Shown: positions 13,212 to 26,984, numbered from the whole stretch's first letter. The stretch: DNA of 63,963 bases, filler included, from Chiloscyllium plagiosum (GCF_004010195.1; 4 parts of one record of this genome joined end to end with filler, not necessarily neighbours in it), one strand, 5' to 3'. Translations and numbers: made by a program. Notes: generated from the sequence alone by a model not told the origin.

Positions 13212-13530
13212 CATAGAATCCCTACCGTGTGGAAGCAGACCATTGAACCCATCAAATCCACAGCGACCCACTGAAGAGCATCCCACCCAGATAGACCGCA
13301 ACTTCCCCCACTCCATCCCCCCTCAAACCCTGCATTTCTACATACCCCTGAATATTAAGGGCAATTTAGCATGGCCAATCCACATTGCCTGCACATTTTT
13401 GGACATGGAGGAAACCCACACAGACACAGGAGAACATGCAAACTCCACACAGACAGCTGAGGGTGGAATCAATCCCAGGTCCCTGGTGCTGTGAAGCAGC
13501 AATGCTAACCACTGAGCCATCATGCCACCC
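13212..13530 (-). mobile_element. HE1-like SINE (older)
   Basis: Same head and V-domain. Confidence 0.8.
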
Positions 13531-16500
13531 AATTAAAATTGTTAAAGTGCAAGATGATCATTGGAGGAATGCAGATATAAGGATTGTAGAGGTTACAAAG
13601 ATAAGGAATTTGCAAAGAAGGAGAAAGAATCTTAAACACGAGTAGAAATTTCTCGAAAAACTTAGCAGGTCCGGCAGCACCTGAGGTGGGAAAACAAAGT
13701 TAAACAAACAGATATCAGAACAAATGAAGGAGAATCATAATGTTAACTCTGTTGTCTCTCTACAGATGCTGGCAGACTTGCTGAGTGTTTCCAGCAATTT
13801 CTGCTTGTGTTTCTGATTTCCAGCATCTGCAGTTCTTTGATATTTTTTTAAAAATTCTTAAAGTAGAGACGTTGCTTAGCCAGGAAATGACTGTGTCATA
13901 GGTGAACTTGGCATAAGTTAGCCTACGAGTAGCAGAGTTGCAGGCTGATTCGTCATAAAAAAAGTAGACCTTTCAGATGTAAAGAACATAGCTGAGGTAC
14001 CAACATGCATTAAGCAGCTGTCTTCACGAAAGAGAATTTACCAATTTTGCGGTAATAGAGGAGCTTTTAGTAATAGTAGATCGAATGAAAATTGAAAAGG
14101 CAATTAAAAGGTTGGCTGTACTGAAAGTAGGAAAGTCATTTGATCCAGATGGGGCACATTCTGGATTAATTAACTATGGAAATTCTGATCACAATCTTCC
14201 AACTGTTCTTAGATACGTGAATGGTGTTGCTGATAACTGGAGATTCCCAAATATTACACTCTCATTCAAAATAAATGGTAAAGAGCATTAAACCCAGTGT
14301 CAGCCAGTTTTTAGTCATAGTCATACAGCACAGAAACAGATCCTTTGGCCCTGCCTGTCCATGCTGAGCAAGTTGCCCCAGACTAAACCTTTACTCTTTT
14401 TAGGATGTGGGCATTAGTGACAAGGTCAACAATTGTTACCCATCTCTAACTCTCTCGTGAACTGAATGGCTTGCTTGACTATTTCGGAGGGCAGTCAAAA
14501 GTTAATCACATTGCTGTGGGTTGAGAGTCACATGTAGGCCAGATGGGGTAAGTGGAGCTGCTTCCTTTCCAGAAGGATAGTAGTGAACCAGATGGATTTT
14601 TCACACCAGTTAATAAATGCTGTCAATAAATATTACTGAAACATCCTGCTATTCCTTTCTCATTCATGCATTTATATCACTTTCCGTTAATGTATGCTTC
14701 CCCTCTCAATTACTTATGGCAGTTCCATATTCTAACCACTTTCTGGCTAAAGGCTTCAAGGGAAATATTCCACTGAGGTAAATGGGTTGGCTATCAATAA
14801 ATAGCCATACCTGTTATTGTTTAGTGTAGGTAGGTGCTTTGAGAAATTATGGGCATTTGAAAACATTTAAACCCAATTTTCTATTTTCTTTCCATATTTT
14901 ATCGGAGAGTACTTTATGCTTAGAACTAAAGTGGAGCTAATTAGATTGCTTTTTTGAAAGAGCCAGTGCAGACTCAATAGTCTCCTTCTGTATTATGCTA
15001 CACTAGAACATGACGCACTAATTGAGGAGAGAAATCATTGATACAGAATGGTGTTCCCAAAAGAATCTAATTTGCTAAGACAGCCATGTGTTCAGGCCTC
15101 ACAGCATTGCTCCACAAGTCCTGCAGTTTAAGAGGACTGCTCTGCTAGTGTTAACAGAGGCAGCCTCTAGTTGTGATCATGTTCACCGTTGGAAACAAGC
15201 TTCTCAATTTTCCTTTCAAAAAAACTTGCAAAATCAAACACTGGAGTTAGAAACAACTGTTTTGGGAGGTGGTACTTTGCAGGTGGATAATAATTCACAT
15301 TTTAAAAACCCAGTTGCAGGACAAGGATCTAATTTTCTGGTTTGTTCACCCATTCTCTGCATACATAAAGCTTCAGTTACAGTTGAACTTGTAAATGCAT
15401 GTACACATTCAGTTCAAGGACTGAATTATCTGAAATAACCATTGTTTTTCACAAGTCCAAACAATAAGTGCTTGTTATGACCCCCTCTGAGGCTTTCTGG
15501 ATATTAGCCCATTCAACTGAATGAAACAAATTTATACCTATCAACAACTCAAATATTCCTTCTGCAACTCATCCACCATCACATTCCTTTGTGACAGCTA
15601 TCCAATGTTTTATTAAATTGATTAAGTAACTACCTATATTTAGAGAAATTTGGATCAGCAGCATACAGACTACTAGATATTTATCATCAGAAAAACAAAA
15701 CAATGAAAGTCGTTGCGTTGAAGAATCATTAAAGATATGCTTTGCATCATAAAGACACAACCTGATGAAGAATTTGGTTTGAAAAGATTGGTCACCACAT
15801 TTCAGATTAGCTTACAGGTGACCATCCAGCTCAGAGATGAACGGGGGCCAAACAATTAAGTGTGCAGACTGTAACTGTGCACGCGCAAGACTCCTAGCTG
15901 AGGGTTGCATTAGCTCTTATATCTACATTTGGATAGGTCTAACAAGGGAGTTAAAGTTATCAGTGATAGGCAGGAAGGTGGAATTGAGGCCACAATGTGA
16001 TCATCTTATTGGCATAAAAAATAACTTTCAAGTCAAGATTTGCTAACTTCTAATGAACTTGCATTTCAGGATGTGTCAAGGCACTTCATACATCCGAAGA
16101 AATCTGGAAGATAAATGGCAGCCAACTAAAACACACCAAGTTGCTACAAACAGCAATGTTAATGGCCAGATATTCTCTTTAATATAATGCAGGTTGAAGG
16201 ATCATTGGGGAAACACCCTTGGTCGTCTTCACATCATGTCAGAAGATATTTCATTCCCCATGGTGCAGAAAGGACCACAGACAGACAGTTCACCAGAGAG
16301 ATAGCAACTCTGACAAGAAAACACCTCCTTCAGTCCTGCACTGAAGTGTCAATCTAGATTTTGTGCTTCAGTCTCTGGCAATGGGATCAGAAGCCACAAC
16401 CTTTGGAATCAGAGGCAAGAATTCTACCCACTGAGTCATGGCTGGTACAGAAAGAGAATAATTTCCTCTGCAGCAATATGTTCTCAGGTTATTGTTTTGC

Positions 16501-17939
16501 ACGCCACTAAGTAAAATATTAATTCTGAAAGATATAACGCCACTGAGCACCTCAGGGATTTTTCTGGTCATGCTTTCCAATAATGTAACTCCAAATAATT
16601 CTTTTACACTTTAATCATATTGCGCAGATTAAGTTCTTCTGCAGGAAGGAACTCTCACCTTTGGATTAGTACTTTGCCACTTCTGCTCAATTCTTTTCTC
16701 TTATTGTTCTGCTTATGACCAGAACATAGGGTCAATTTACATATGAATTGAGATGTGGACAAAGGATGTCACAAGAATCAAATGATATCATTCAGAGAGG
16801 AATTTCATTGAATTTTTAAAAAAGATTAATCTTTTCCAGGATGTGCAGAAAGAAACTGGAGAGTTATGGGTAATATATTAAAATAAACGGTGTAGGGGTA
16901 AGTGCGCTGCTATTCACATCTTTCCCCATTCATAACAATGGAAGAATTTGTTACAAAAATCCTCAATATTCTGCCCTATGTTCTGGTTAGGAATGCGAAT
17001 ATTGAAATGGGTTATATGTTAAATTAGGAGACAGGTGGCTCAGAGAATTTGGCTCTGTTTACAAGGTTATTGTAAGGGCAACTTTGCCACATTTTACAAA
17101 TGCTAGTATTGGCTATTCAATGGTGATTAACTTCCTTTTCAAAAACATATGACTGTTCCAAATTGCATTCCTCTCAAATTAGCTGACTTGATGCTGTGCA
17201 CTTTAACAGTCACCATATATCCATATAAAGTACTGCAGTAAAAAATATATAAATCTGAACAGTTACAGGCAGTGTGACACCTGCCGGAAGTGTTTGCTAC
17301 ATTCAAAGATTTTACAATTATCTTAGACTTAAAACAGCCCTATTGTCCATTATTTAAAAAACTGTGTATCCCTGATATTCGTGATGCTGGAGAAGGTGAT
17401 CATTGTTCATTGTTGTGCTGGAGGACCACAGAGAAACCTTCTAACAGACTACTGTTTTATGTCATGTTTCATAAAATTTACAACCTCTAAGGGGCAACTT
17501 GATGTTTACCTGAATTTTCAAAATGTATTCTATACAAACCTAAGGCAAGAGGGACTGAAGAGTCGTGATAAAGCAATGAACAAGAGAGAAAGAAAAGTTA
17601 TGGACTTGAAAAATCAAATGAGAATAAAAACATTCTGAAAATGCATAGCAACCTGTCTGTATCCAACAAAAAACAGGTTTCAGTTAATCTCAGTTGATTA
17701 AAATGTTTTAAAAGATTTGATCAGGAGTTCTCAGTCTCATTGAGCAAGTTGAGCCATCAACTATAACTAAGCTTTTCAAAACCCCATTAAACGGCACAAC
17801 TTCCCAGGGAAAAAAAAATCAAAACATCTAAACTCAAAGGTAAAGTTTTAACCTTTTCCAATGAGTTGCTATAGAAGAATAAATTGCAACAAGGACTTGT
17901 GAAGAAATAGCAACATGAAGAGAGATACTAGTGGCAAGC

Positions 17940-20100
17940 ATAGAACATGGAACGTAGAACGTTATAGCATAGTACAGGCCCTTCGGCCCTTAATGCTGCG
18001 CCAATCTGTGAAATTAATCTGATGCCCATCTAACCTACACTGTTCTAATATTATCCATACGTATGTCCAATGCCCATTTAAATGCCCTTAATGTTGGCGA
18101 GTTTACTACTGTTGCAGGCTGGCCATTTGAACCCCTTACTACTGAGTAAAGAAAGTACCCCGATATCTGTCCTAAGTCTATCACCACTCAATTTAAAGTT
18201 ATGTCCATTTGTGTTAGCCTTCACCATCTGAAAAAAAAGGTTCTCACTGTCCACTCTATCTAACCCTCTGATTATCTTATACATCTCAATTAAATCACCT
18301 CTCAACCTTCTTCGCTCCAACAAAAACAACCCTAGTTCCCTCAGCCTTTCCTCATAAGACCTTCCTTTCATACCAGGCAACATCCTAGTAAATCTCACCT
18401 GAACCCTTTCCAAAGTTTCCACATCCTTCCTATAATCAGGTGACCAGAACTACATGCAATACTCCAGTGCGGCCTTACCAGTGTCTTGTACAGCTGAAAC
18501 GTGACCTCATGGCTCCAAAACTCAATCCCCCTACCAATAAATGCCAACACACCATATGCCTTCTTAATAACCTTATCAACCTGGGTGGCAACTTTCAGGG
18601 ACTTATGCACCTGGACATAGAGATCTCTCTGTTCATCTATACTGCCAAGAATTTTACCATTAGCACAGTATTCTGCATTCCTTTTATTTCTTCCGAAGTG
18701 AACTACCTCACACTTTTCCACATTAAACTCCATTTGTCACTTCTCATCCCAGCTCTGCATCTTATCTATGTCCTCTGTAACCCACAACTCTGCCTACCTT
18801 AGCGTCATCCGCAAATTTACTAATCCATCCTTCTACACCTACATCCAGGTCATTTATAAAAATGACAAACAGCAGTGGTCCCAAAACAGATCGTTGTGGC
18901 ACACCATTGATAACTGAGCTCCAGGAAGAACATTTTCCATCAGCCACCATCCTCTGTCTTCTTTCAACTAGCCAATTTCTGATCCGAACCTCTAAATCAC
19001 CTTCAATCCCGAAACACCGTATTCTGTGCAGTAGCCTACCATGTGGAACCTTACCAAATGCCTTACTGAAGTCCACATACACCACATCAATCGCTTTACT
19101 TTCATCCACTTGTTTTGTCACCTTCTCGAAGAACTCAATAAGGTTAGTGTGAGGCATGACCTATCCTTCACAAAACCGTGTTGACTATCCCTAATCAAAT
19201 TATTCCTTTCCAGATGATTATAAATCCTCTCTCTCATAACCTTTTCCAACATCCCCAACATACCCAGAACCAAAGTAAGGCTCACAGGCCTATAATTACC
19301 AGGGTTGTCCCGACTCCTCTCCTTAAACAAGGGAACAACATTTGCTAATTTCCAGTCTTTTGGCACTACTCCTGTCAACAATGATGACAAAGATCGAAGC
19401 CAAAGGCTCTGCAATCTCCTCCCTGGCTTCCCAGAGAATCCAAGGATAAATCCTATCTGACCCATAAATCCCAACTTATCTATTTTCAGATCTTCCAAAA
19501 TTGCTAAAGCCTCCTCTTTTGTCAACCTCAATCCCATCTAATCTAGTAGCCTGTATCTCCATATTCCCACTGACATTGCCTTTTCTCAATGTGAATAATG
19601 ACGAAAAGTATTCATTAAGTGCTTCTCCTATGTCCTCAGATTCCACACACAACTTTCCACTACTATCTTTGATTGGCCCTAACCTTACTGTAGTCATTCC
19701 TTTATTCTTGATATACAGTAGAAGGCTTTTGGGATTTTCCTTGATCTTATCTGCCAATAACTTCTCATTTCCCCATCTGGCTCTTCTTAGCCCTCTCTTT
19801 AGATCTTTTCTGGCTAACTTATAACTCTCACACCCCTTTCACGCCTCATCCTCACAAGCCGCCTCCTTTTTCTAACTTATAACTCTCAAGCCCCCTAACT
19901 GAGCCTTCATGCCTCATCCTCACATAAGCCTTCTTCCTCTTGACAAAATCTTGAACTGCTTTAGTAAAAAATGGCTTCCTCTCTCAACAACTACCTCCCT
20001 GCCTCAAAGATATACTTATCAAGGACCTGCAGTAGCTGTTCCTTGAATAAGCTCCACATTTCAAGTGTGTCTATCTCCCGCTCTTTCCTTCCCCATCCAA
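17940..20100 (-). mobile_element. ~2.2-kb 5'-truncated CR1 LINE, frameshifted ORF2
   Basis: Consecutive minus-strand ORFs with IKENPK, NYRPVSLT, VDFSKAF, GVPQRSVLGP, SKFADD, ERRRLRGDLIE. Confidence 0.92.
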
Positions 20101-20326
20101 GTAGGTCAACATAGATATTAATAATGTAATTGCACATAAAAGTATTATTATTTTGAGGGGTGGAGGCATTTAAAACAAAACACCTATTTTCCTTGATAGG
20201 GTGCGTCTTGTTTAACATGCTTCTGTTACCTCAAGCCTCAGTTAAAAATTAATTTTATTTCTTCATGCAACTGCAGTAATGAGAAACAAACATTTACAAC
20301 TGAAGGCTAGTTGGCCTTGTGACTGT

Positions 20327-20452
20327 CCTGATGAAGGGCTTTTGCCCGAAATGGCGATTTTCCTGCTCCTCAGATGCTGCCTGGTCGGCTGTGCTTTTCC
20401 AGCACCACTCTAATCTAGACTCTGTTTTGCACCATCTCCAGTCCTCACTTTT
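20327..20452 (+). mobile_element. Family A pLTR insertion beginning at the hammerhead core
   Basis: CUGAUGA-a-gggc-uuuu-gccc-GAAA with a decayed cleavage site. Flanked by gccttgtgactgt at 20314-20326 and 20453-20465. Confidence 0.75.
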
Positions 20453-21489
20453 GCCTTGTGACTGTGTCTGGTACTTTGAAAAAAACACCTGAGGCAAACC
20501 TGACTGCCCTCTCACCAAAAGCCTTATCATTCCATGCTTTCCTCATCTCCTGCTGCTTTTTATATACACATTCACTTAGTGACATAGGAAAGGGAATAGG
20601 CAATTTAGTCCCTCGAACTGCTAACACCGTTCACGGCTGATTTGTGATCTAACTCTATCTTCCCACCTTGACCATACGCTGAATACTATTTGATTAACAA
20701 AAAGTTATCCACCTCAGAGTTAAAATTAACATTTGAGCCACTATCAACTATCTTTTTAAAAGAAGATACCAAAAGTCTACCACCTTTTGTACATAGCAAT
20801 GTATCCTATTTTTACTTCTGACATCTAGTGCTAACTTTCAGACTATGTCACTTGGATAGATTTCTCAACCATTTGAACTAATTCTGCATAAAGAATACAT
20901 CCTAATCTTTCTTTGATTTCCGTACGAATGTTTAAACTGGAGACACCTGGTCACAGACTTATTCCAATCAAATCTTAACACCATTTCTATGAACATACAT
21001 CTACTTAAGCTTCAAGCACAGTACATAACTGATTCTTCCTTGTTTATAGATTTTCATGATGTTGAAATGAAGGATCATTCCTCTCTAAACTTCGGATTAT
21101 TGTGATTTTTACCAACAGTTCTCCTCCAACCTGCAGCCATTAATGATGAAGCCATCAGACTTTTAATTCCCGGTTTATCTCAACATTCAATTTTGGATTC
21201 TTGATGAGATAAAGCAGAAAAAAAAATTATGACTCTTGCTGCTTCCAAAGTTTGTTTGACTTCCTAATACAATTAAATTTTTCCACGGTGTATTGCCCTC
21301 TTCTATGCAACCACCAACCCACCATCAACCTCCCACTCACCACCCCAAGAAACTGCATCAATCCTCAAATGTAATGAAAATTAAATTCAATTCCAATATG
21401 GTGAGGATAAGAAAGTAATATTACATAGAAGCTAGGGGCAGGAGTAAGCCATTTGACTCCTTGAGCCTGCTCCACTATTCAATATTACA

Positions 21490-21800
21490 GGGCGGCACTG
21501 TGGCTCAGTGGTTAGCACTGCTGCCTCACAGCACCAGGGTCCCAGGTTCGATTCCAGTTTCGGGTGACTGTCTGTGTGGAGTGTGCACATACTCTCCGTG
21601 TCTGCGTGGGTTTCCTTCGGGTGCTCTGGTTTCCTCTCAGTCCAAAGATGTGCAGGCCAGATGAATTGGCCATGCTGAATTGCCCATTAGTGTTAGTGTT
21701 AGGAGGGAAATAGGTCTGGATGGGTTACTCTTCAGAGGGTCGGTGTAGACTGGTTGGGCCGAAGGGCCTGTTTCCACACTAAGTAATCTAATCTAATCTA
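21490..21800 (+). mobile_element. HE1-like SINE
   Basis: A/B boxes, V-domain, aatct tail. Confidence 0.88.
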
Positions 21801-22672
21801 TGATCGCGAGAAACATCCTTCCTCAGATAGGGTGACCAAAGTGCACACATTATTCCCAGGTGTGGCCTCACCAATGCCCTGTAGAATTACAGCAAATGTC
21901 TTTGTTCCTGTTCTAAAATCCTCTATGAAGGCCAACATCAGCTTGCCTTCTTTACTGCCCGCTGCACCTGCGCACTTACTTTCAGTACCTGTGCACAAGG
22001 ACACCCAGGTCTCAATTACTGATCATTCTTCTTGACATACAGCAATCCAACTCCCTGTTTGTGTCAAATGACTAAATATGACAGGGTGATCTTCAGTGAT
22101 TAAAAAAACAGTACAAAAGTAGAATAAAGTCACCAAACTTTACTGATTCTTGGGAACAGGCCAGAGGACAACTCACAGCATACTCAAGATATGTTCACAT
22201 AACAAGTTTCTGTTACTTGCTGATGGCAGAAGCACCTTACATTAACAAGTATATCTATTTTAGGTTACTGTGTTTTGTGATGACCTGAGACGCAATGTGA
22301 TTAGGTGAAATGTAATTTCAGGGAAATGCCCTTCATCTCAAATTAATGTGGGAACAGTACCAGCAAAACAAACCTTCAAATCCATGTTTTTCAGTAGAGA
22401 CATGCATTTGCGAACTCGGGCATCTCCATCTAAAAAAACAATAGAAGTCCTCCTTGGGTGGGGAGACTTGGGCCTAGAAATCCTTCTCAGTAGATTGCTG
22501 AGCACATTTTGATTAACTAGTAAAACAGGGGAAAGTCTGAACTTGCTCATCTCCAGTAACATTAGACTACCATGTCCTTTCAAGTGTAATCACTAGGAAT
22601 GCAGTGATAGCATCTACTTTGAACTGCAATAAAATAAACACTCTTGTACACACAAACATGTGCCAAATATTC

Positions 22673-23153
22673 CAAGCTGGAAGAACAGTATCTAATTTTC
22701 CACTTGAGGACCCTGTGGCCTTCAGGACTCAGTATTAAGTTCAATAATTTTAGGGCCTGAGCCCCAACTTTGCCAGTGTCTTTAGCCCAACTCCAACTCA
22801 TCACATGGGCTGCTAACACAAACCACCCATTGGCGGCTGCTAACAGCCCCCATTAGCAGCTAAACATTCTCCAAGGCCAACCTTTACTCATTCCTTTGCC
22901 TGTCCATTTGCTGCTCTGTCACTCTGGGCTTCATCTCCATCTATCATTTACTTCTCCCCTCCTCTCTTCACTCCATCTTCAGCATATGTCCCAATCATTT
23001 CTTAGCTACAAACCGTTCTGAACACGGGTCACTGGATCATAAATCTCAACTGTGCTTTGTTTGCACAGATGCTGTCAGGCCAGCTGAGTTTTCCCAGCAA
23101 TTTCTGTTTTTGTTTCTGATTTCCAACATCTGCAGTTCTTTGGGGTTTTTTTT
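22673..23153 (+). mobile_element. 5'-truncated Penelope (Neptune-like) 3' end with family D pLTR
   Basis: Encodes KLEEQYLIFHLRTLWPSGLSIKFNNF, like the PLE GIY-YIG C-terminus. TSD ccaaatattc at 22663-22672 and 23154-23163. Confidence 0.7.
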
Positions 23154-24644
23154 CCAAATATTCTTCCTGGGTCAATTAAAAGTTCATTGTCACTATGAAA
23201 CCTTTAGTCATACAGAGACTGTAGACTTGTAGAAATTACTGAAAGAGCTGTGCATGCCTGCTGAGATTTTCCAACAATTTCTATCTTGCTGCAGAAAGTT
23301 ACCACAGAATTAGTGGGGCACTTTTGGATGAGTGATTTGCTAAATTATTGATCCAGCTGTGTTTCTCTTTGAAAATAAGTTGTACACCACACATGCTTTG
23401 AACAGGATGCATGTTTTCACTTAGAGAGCCACCAGCTATCAGAACCATCACTAGAATAGCCATATACATACTGTAGCTATAGGAGTAGATCAGGAGCTGG
23501 AAATTCAGCAGTGAGTAACTCACCTCAAAACCAGTCCACCATATCAAAGGCCTAAATTAGGAGTCTGATCGAATACTCTCCATATTCTTGGGTATACAGT
23601 TACAAAATCACTTACTCAACATAATCCAAAACCAAGCAGTCTGCATGTTTGACAATCCACACTAAACATTCATTCTCTCTACCACTGGTGCAGAGTAGCA
23701 TCATTGTATACTATTTACAAGATGCCCTGCAGAACTTACAAAGGCTTCAAAACAGCATTTCCCAAACCTGTGACCACGACCTTTGAGAAGGACAAGGGCA
23801 GCCACCACCTGCAAGTTCCCCTGCAAATTGCTCACCATCCTAATGTTAAACCATATCATTGTTCCCTCAGTCGCGGGGTCAGAACAGCACTGTGGGAACA
23901 TATACCCTACCTATGTGGACAGCAGTCATTCAGGGACATTGGCTCACCACCACAGCAACTGGGGTTGAGGAAAAAATTGTTGCCCTTGCAAGTGATGCTC
24001 ACATCCCACAACTGAATATAAAAAGAAATAATAAATAAACTCAAAAACTAATTTTAATAACAGTTTTGCCCTAAAATGGAGGCAGAATTAAAAACAGCTG
24101 ATCACAGCCAAGACAGTTTTAGATTTTGGCTCACATTCCTCAATCCCACTCCACTTCAATGATGCTGGCTGATCATGCATTTTACATGGAATTAGACCAA
24201 ACTTAAACACAGAAACAGACTATTGGCCCAACTGGTCTGTGATGGTATTTATACTCTGTGTGGGTTTCCTGCCAACCTATTCCTTCACATCTCAATCATT
24301 ACACTCTGATATTGTTCCCCCTCCCACCATCTATTTATCCTGAATCCTTGAACAGGCAGTAATCCAACTTCTGTTTTGAGAGCTGCACGAACACAGTGAA
24401 TCTATTCAGCCAGAGTTTTAGGTTGACATTTGGTTGTGGGCATGTTTGGTTCCCTTTCCTCAAACACCAATTTTTCTTCTACAATAGATGATGATACTCA
24501 GGATTGAAAATGAACTACACTGAGTCTCAAAAAAGGTAAGAACGCATGTGCTTGCACCAAGGATGTCTGTACCATGTGTTTGCCTGAGACAGGGTGGAAT
24601 GGAGTTTTGACTTTGCTTCATGCAAGGTAGGAGTAACGGTAACA

Positions 24645-24880
24645 ACTCAGAAACAGATCCTTTGGTCCAACTTATCCATGCTGACTAAACACCCTAAATA
24701 AATTGAGTCCCAATCGTCTAAATTCTTCCTATTAATGTCCCCATCCACATGCCTTTTAAATGCTGGAAATGCTCCAACACTTCCTCTGGCAGCTCATTCC
24801 ATTCAAGCACCACACTGTCAAAAACTTGCCACTTAATTCTTTCCCCTCTCACCTTAAACCTATGTCCTCTAGTTTTTGGC
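24645..24880 (-). mobile_element. Degenerate CR1 3' end
   Basis: Similar to 4477-4770. Confidence 0.65.
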
Positions 24881-24985
24881 ACCTCCCACCGCGTCAGTCA
24901 GTTCCTACCACAAGGAATAGTTTACCTACCCCAGCAAATCCATTAATCATCTTAAGCAGCTTATGCAATATATTAATAACTAATT

Positions 24986-25173
24986 AGTGAGTTTTGAGAA
25001 GATTTGTAGCTTAGGTTGAGGTTCTGGATGTAGGTTTGCTCACTGAGTTGGAAGGTTCATTTTCAGATGTTTCGTCACCATACTAGGTAACATCTTCAGT
25101 GCTGGAGGCTCACTAGTATGGTGATGAAATGTCTGAAAATGAACCTTCCAGCTCAGCAAGCAAACCTACATCC
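24986..25173. mobile_element. Family B Penelope pLTR fold-back insertion
   Basis: Inverted arms ggatgtaggtttgct / agcaaacctacatcc. TSD attaataactaatt at 24972-24985 and 25174-25187. Confidence 0.78.
25063..25102 (-). ncRNA. Minimal hammerhead motif, family B, in PDIA5 sense orientation
   Basis: gca-CUGAAGA-u-guuacc-uaguau-ggugac-GAAA-CA-UC-uga. Confidence 0.68.
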
Positions 25174-25343
25174 ATTAATAACTAATTTGCGATACTCAAG
25201 AGGATATTAACCTCATTAATGCAACCGGTCACTTCCAGCCCATTGTTTAACATGGGAAAAGATGCTTTGTGACAGAGCCATAAAATCAGAACAGCATAAA
25301 AAGTTCAACATCACATCTAAAGAGTATATAAATCATAACTTAC

Positions 25344-25474
25344 AAGGTGCATAGAACATGACCAAAGCATGCTTCTTTTTCTTCATGAACTCCTTAAAAT
25401 CTTCAGCGCTGAGGTGGGTGACACTGGTCTGCTGCTCTTCCCAAGACTGTTCAGGTGGCGGAGGAGCTTGAGGA
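25344..25474 (-). CDS. PDIA5: Internal coding exon of protein disulfide-isomerase A5 (PDIR), start of the last thioredoxin domain
   Basis: Minus strand reads tttgtcctcactgcccctccatag|T-CCT-CAA...GCA-CCT-T|gtaag, with canonical splice sites and a polypyrimidine tract. It translates as PQAPPPPEQSWEEQQTSVTHLSAEDFKEFMKKKKHALVMFYAP(W), matching remembered vertebrate PDIA5 PEAPPPPEPTWEEQQTSVLHL...KKKKHTLVMFYAPW just before the CxxC site. It is absent from the supplied ORF track. Confidence 0.93.
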
Positions 25475-26698
25475 CTATGGAGGGGCAGTGAGGACAAAAT
25501 AGTGGGAAAGATGAAAGTTAATGAATGTGAATTTCAGGAGAACTACCTTTAAGATCTCCAGCCTTGGCATTGAATTCTACCACAGCTTCAGCTCATCCTC
25601 CACAAATGATCTCTTCCAATGCTGGACTACCCTTCACTCAATACAAGTCACACCTTGTATTCTGGAATGCCCCACTCAATCTTTCTAGGTGCCTGTGCCA
25701 AAGTGGAAAGTGTTACAGTGAAACGAGTATAGTCAAATCTAGAATCTTTTCGTAAGCCAGGCTCGGCAAGGAAGCTGGTTTTGTTTACAACACAACAAAA
25801 ACAAGAATTAATGTTGTGATGTGCATACACCTGCCCAGGTGCCAGCCAATATTATGCCTTCACCGTCGACTACTTTTCCAGGATGAATTACTGGTGGTAT
25901 GAGGGGTGGTGGATTAGGTGATTATTAAATCTCATTATGCAACATGCTTACAAACAGTCAGGTCTATAGAGCTCTCCTCAAACGAACAATTACTGTCATC
26001 TTCAATAGAGATCCAGGTAATGTTGAGACCAGCTCTGAGAGCAATCGGAATCATTTCAACTCATTAATGGGTAATTGAGTAACTGAGACATAGAATATCG
26101 TTGACTTTGAACAAGGTCAAACAGACCATGTTTTTCTTTTTCTAAACCAAACTACTCAGCTGCATACAGAGTAACTGCCTAATACACAAACATCAATTCA
26201 AAGGAACACCAATCAGTTTTAAATGAACACGCCCAGTGCAAATGATTCCAGACCACTCTACCCACTTTGTATCGGCACCAACTGTAACGAGATTTCAGTT
26301 TTATCCTGTTCGGGATGCTGACTGCATGTGAAGGTCAAACAGTGCGCGCGGACCCTTTGTAAAAGAAATATTTTATTAATCTCCCTTCGCTCTACCATTT
26401 GCTCCAAGCCCTTATTCTGACTGTGCAGTAATTCCATTTTCCATCTCTCCCTAAAGGCAACATTCTACAAATCACCAAAGTGTATTAGCGCATCTGACAT
26501 GGGAATTGCGTGAAATGGCCGTAGCTTCAGTTATTTTAGGTTCAAACTTTGGAATTGTTTGTTCCAAACCCTCCCCATGTTTTTCTCTTCCTCTGATGAT
26601 CTACTTTAACTTGCCTAGCAAGTGTTTGATCACCTGCGCTAAGACAATAATAATGACCTGTGTTTACATCACACTTATAACATAGTAACGTGTTCAGT

Positions 26699-26984
26699 GA
26701 CCCTTCACAGAGCTTCATGAAACAAATTAAATACTTAGCAGGTCTTACAACAGGAAGAAGTAGGTTTTAAGCAGCAGCATGGGGTAATTGGGGGAGGGTG
26801 GCTAGGAGGGGTGAGAAAGATAGATGGAGGGAGAGAGACCCTTCACAGAGCTTCATGAAACAAATTAAATACTTAGCAGGTCTTACAACAGGAAGAAGTA
26901 GGTTTTAAGCAGCAGCATGGGGTAATTGGGGGAGGGTGGCTAGGAGGGGTGAGAAAGATAGATGGAGGGAGAGAGAGAGAGAGA
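26699..26984. repeat. Perfect 138-bp tandem duplication running into (GA)n and a gap
   Basis: cccttcacagagcttcatg... starts at both 26701 and 26839. Confidence 0.85.

Noticed and set aside
26699..26984. Perfect 138-bp tandem duplication as a biological event
   Set aside because: It abuts a (GA)n run and a gap with no divergence, so a contig-end assembly artefact is more likely.
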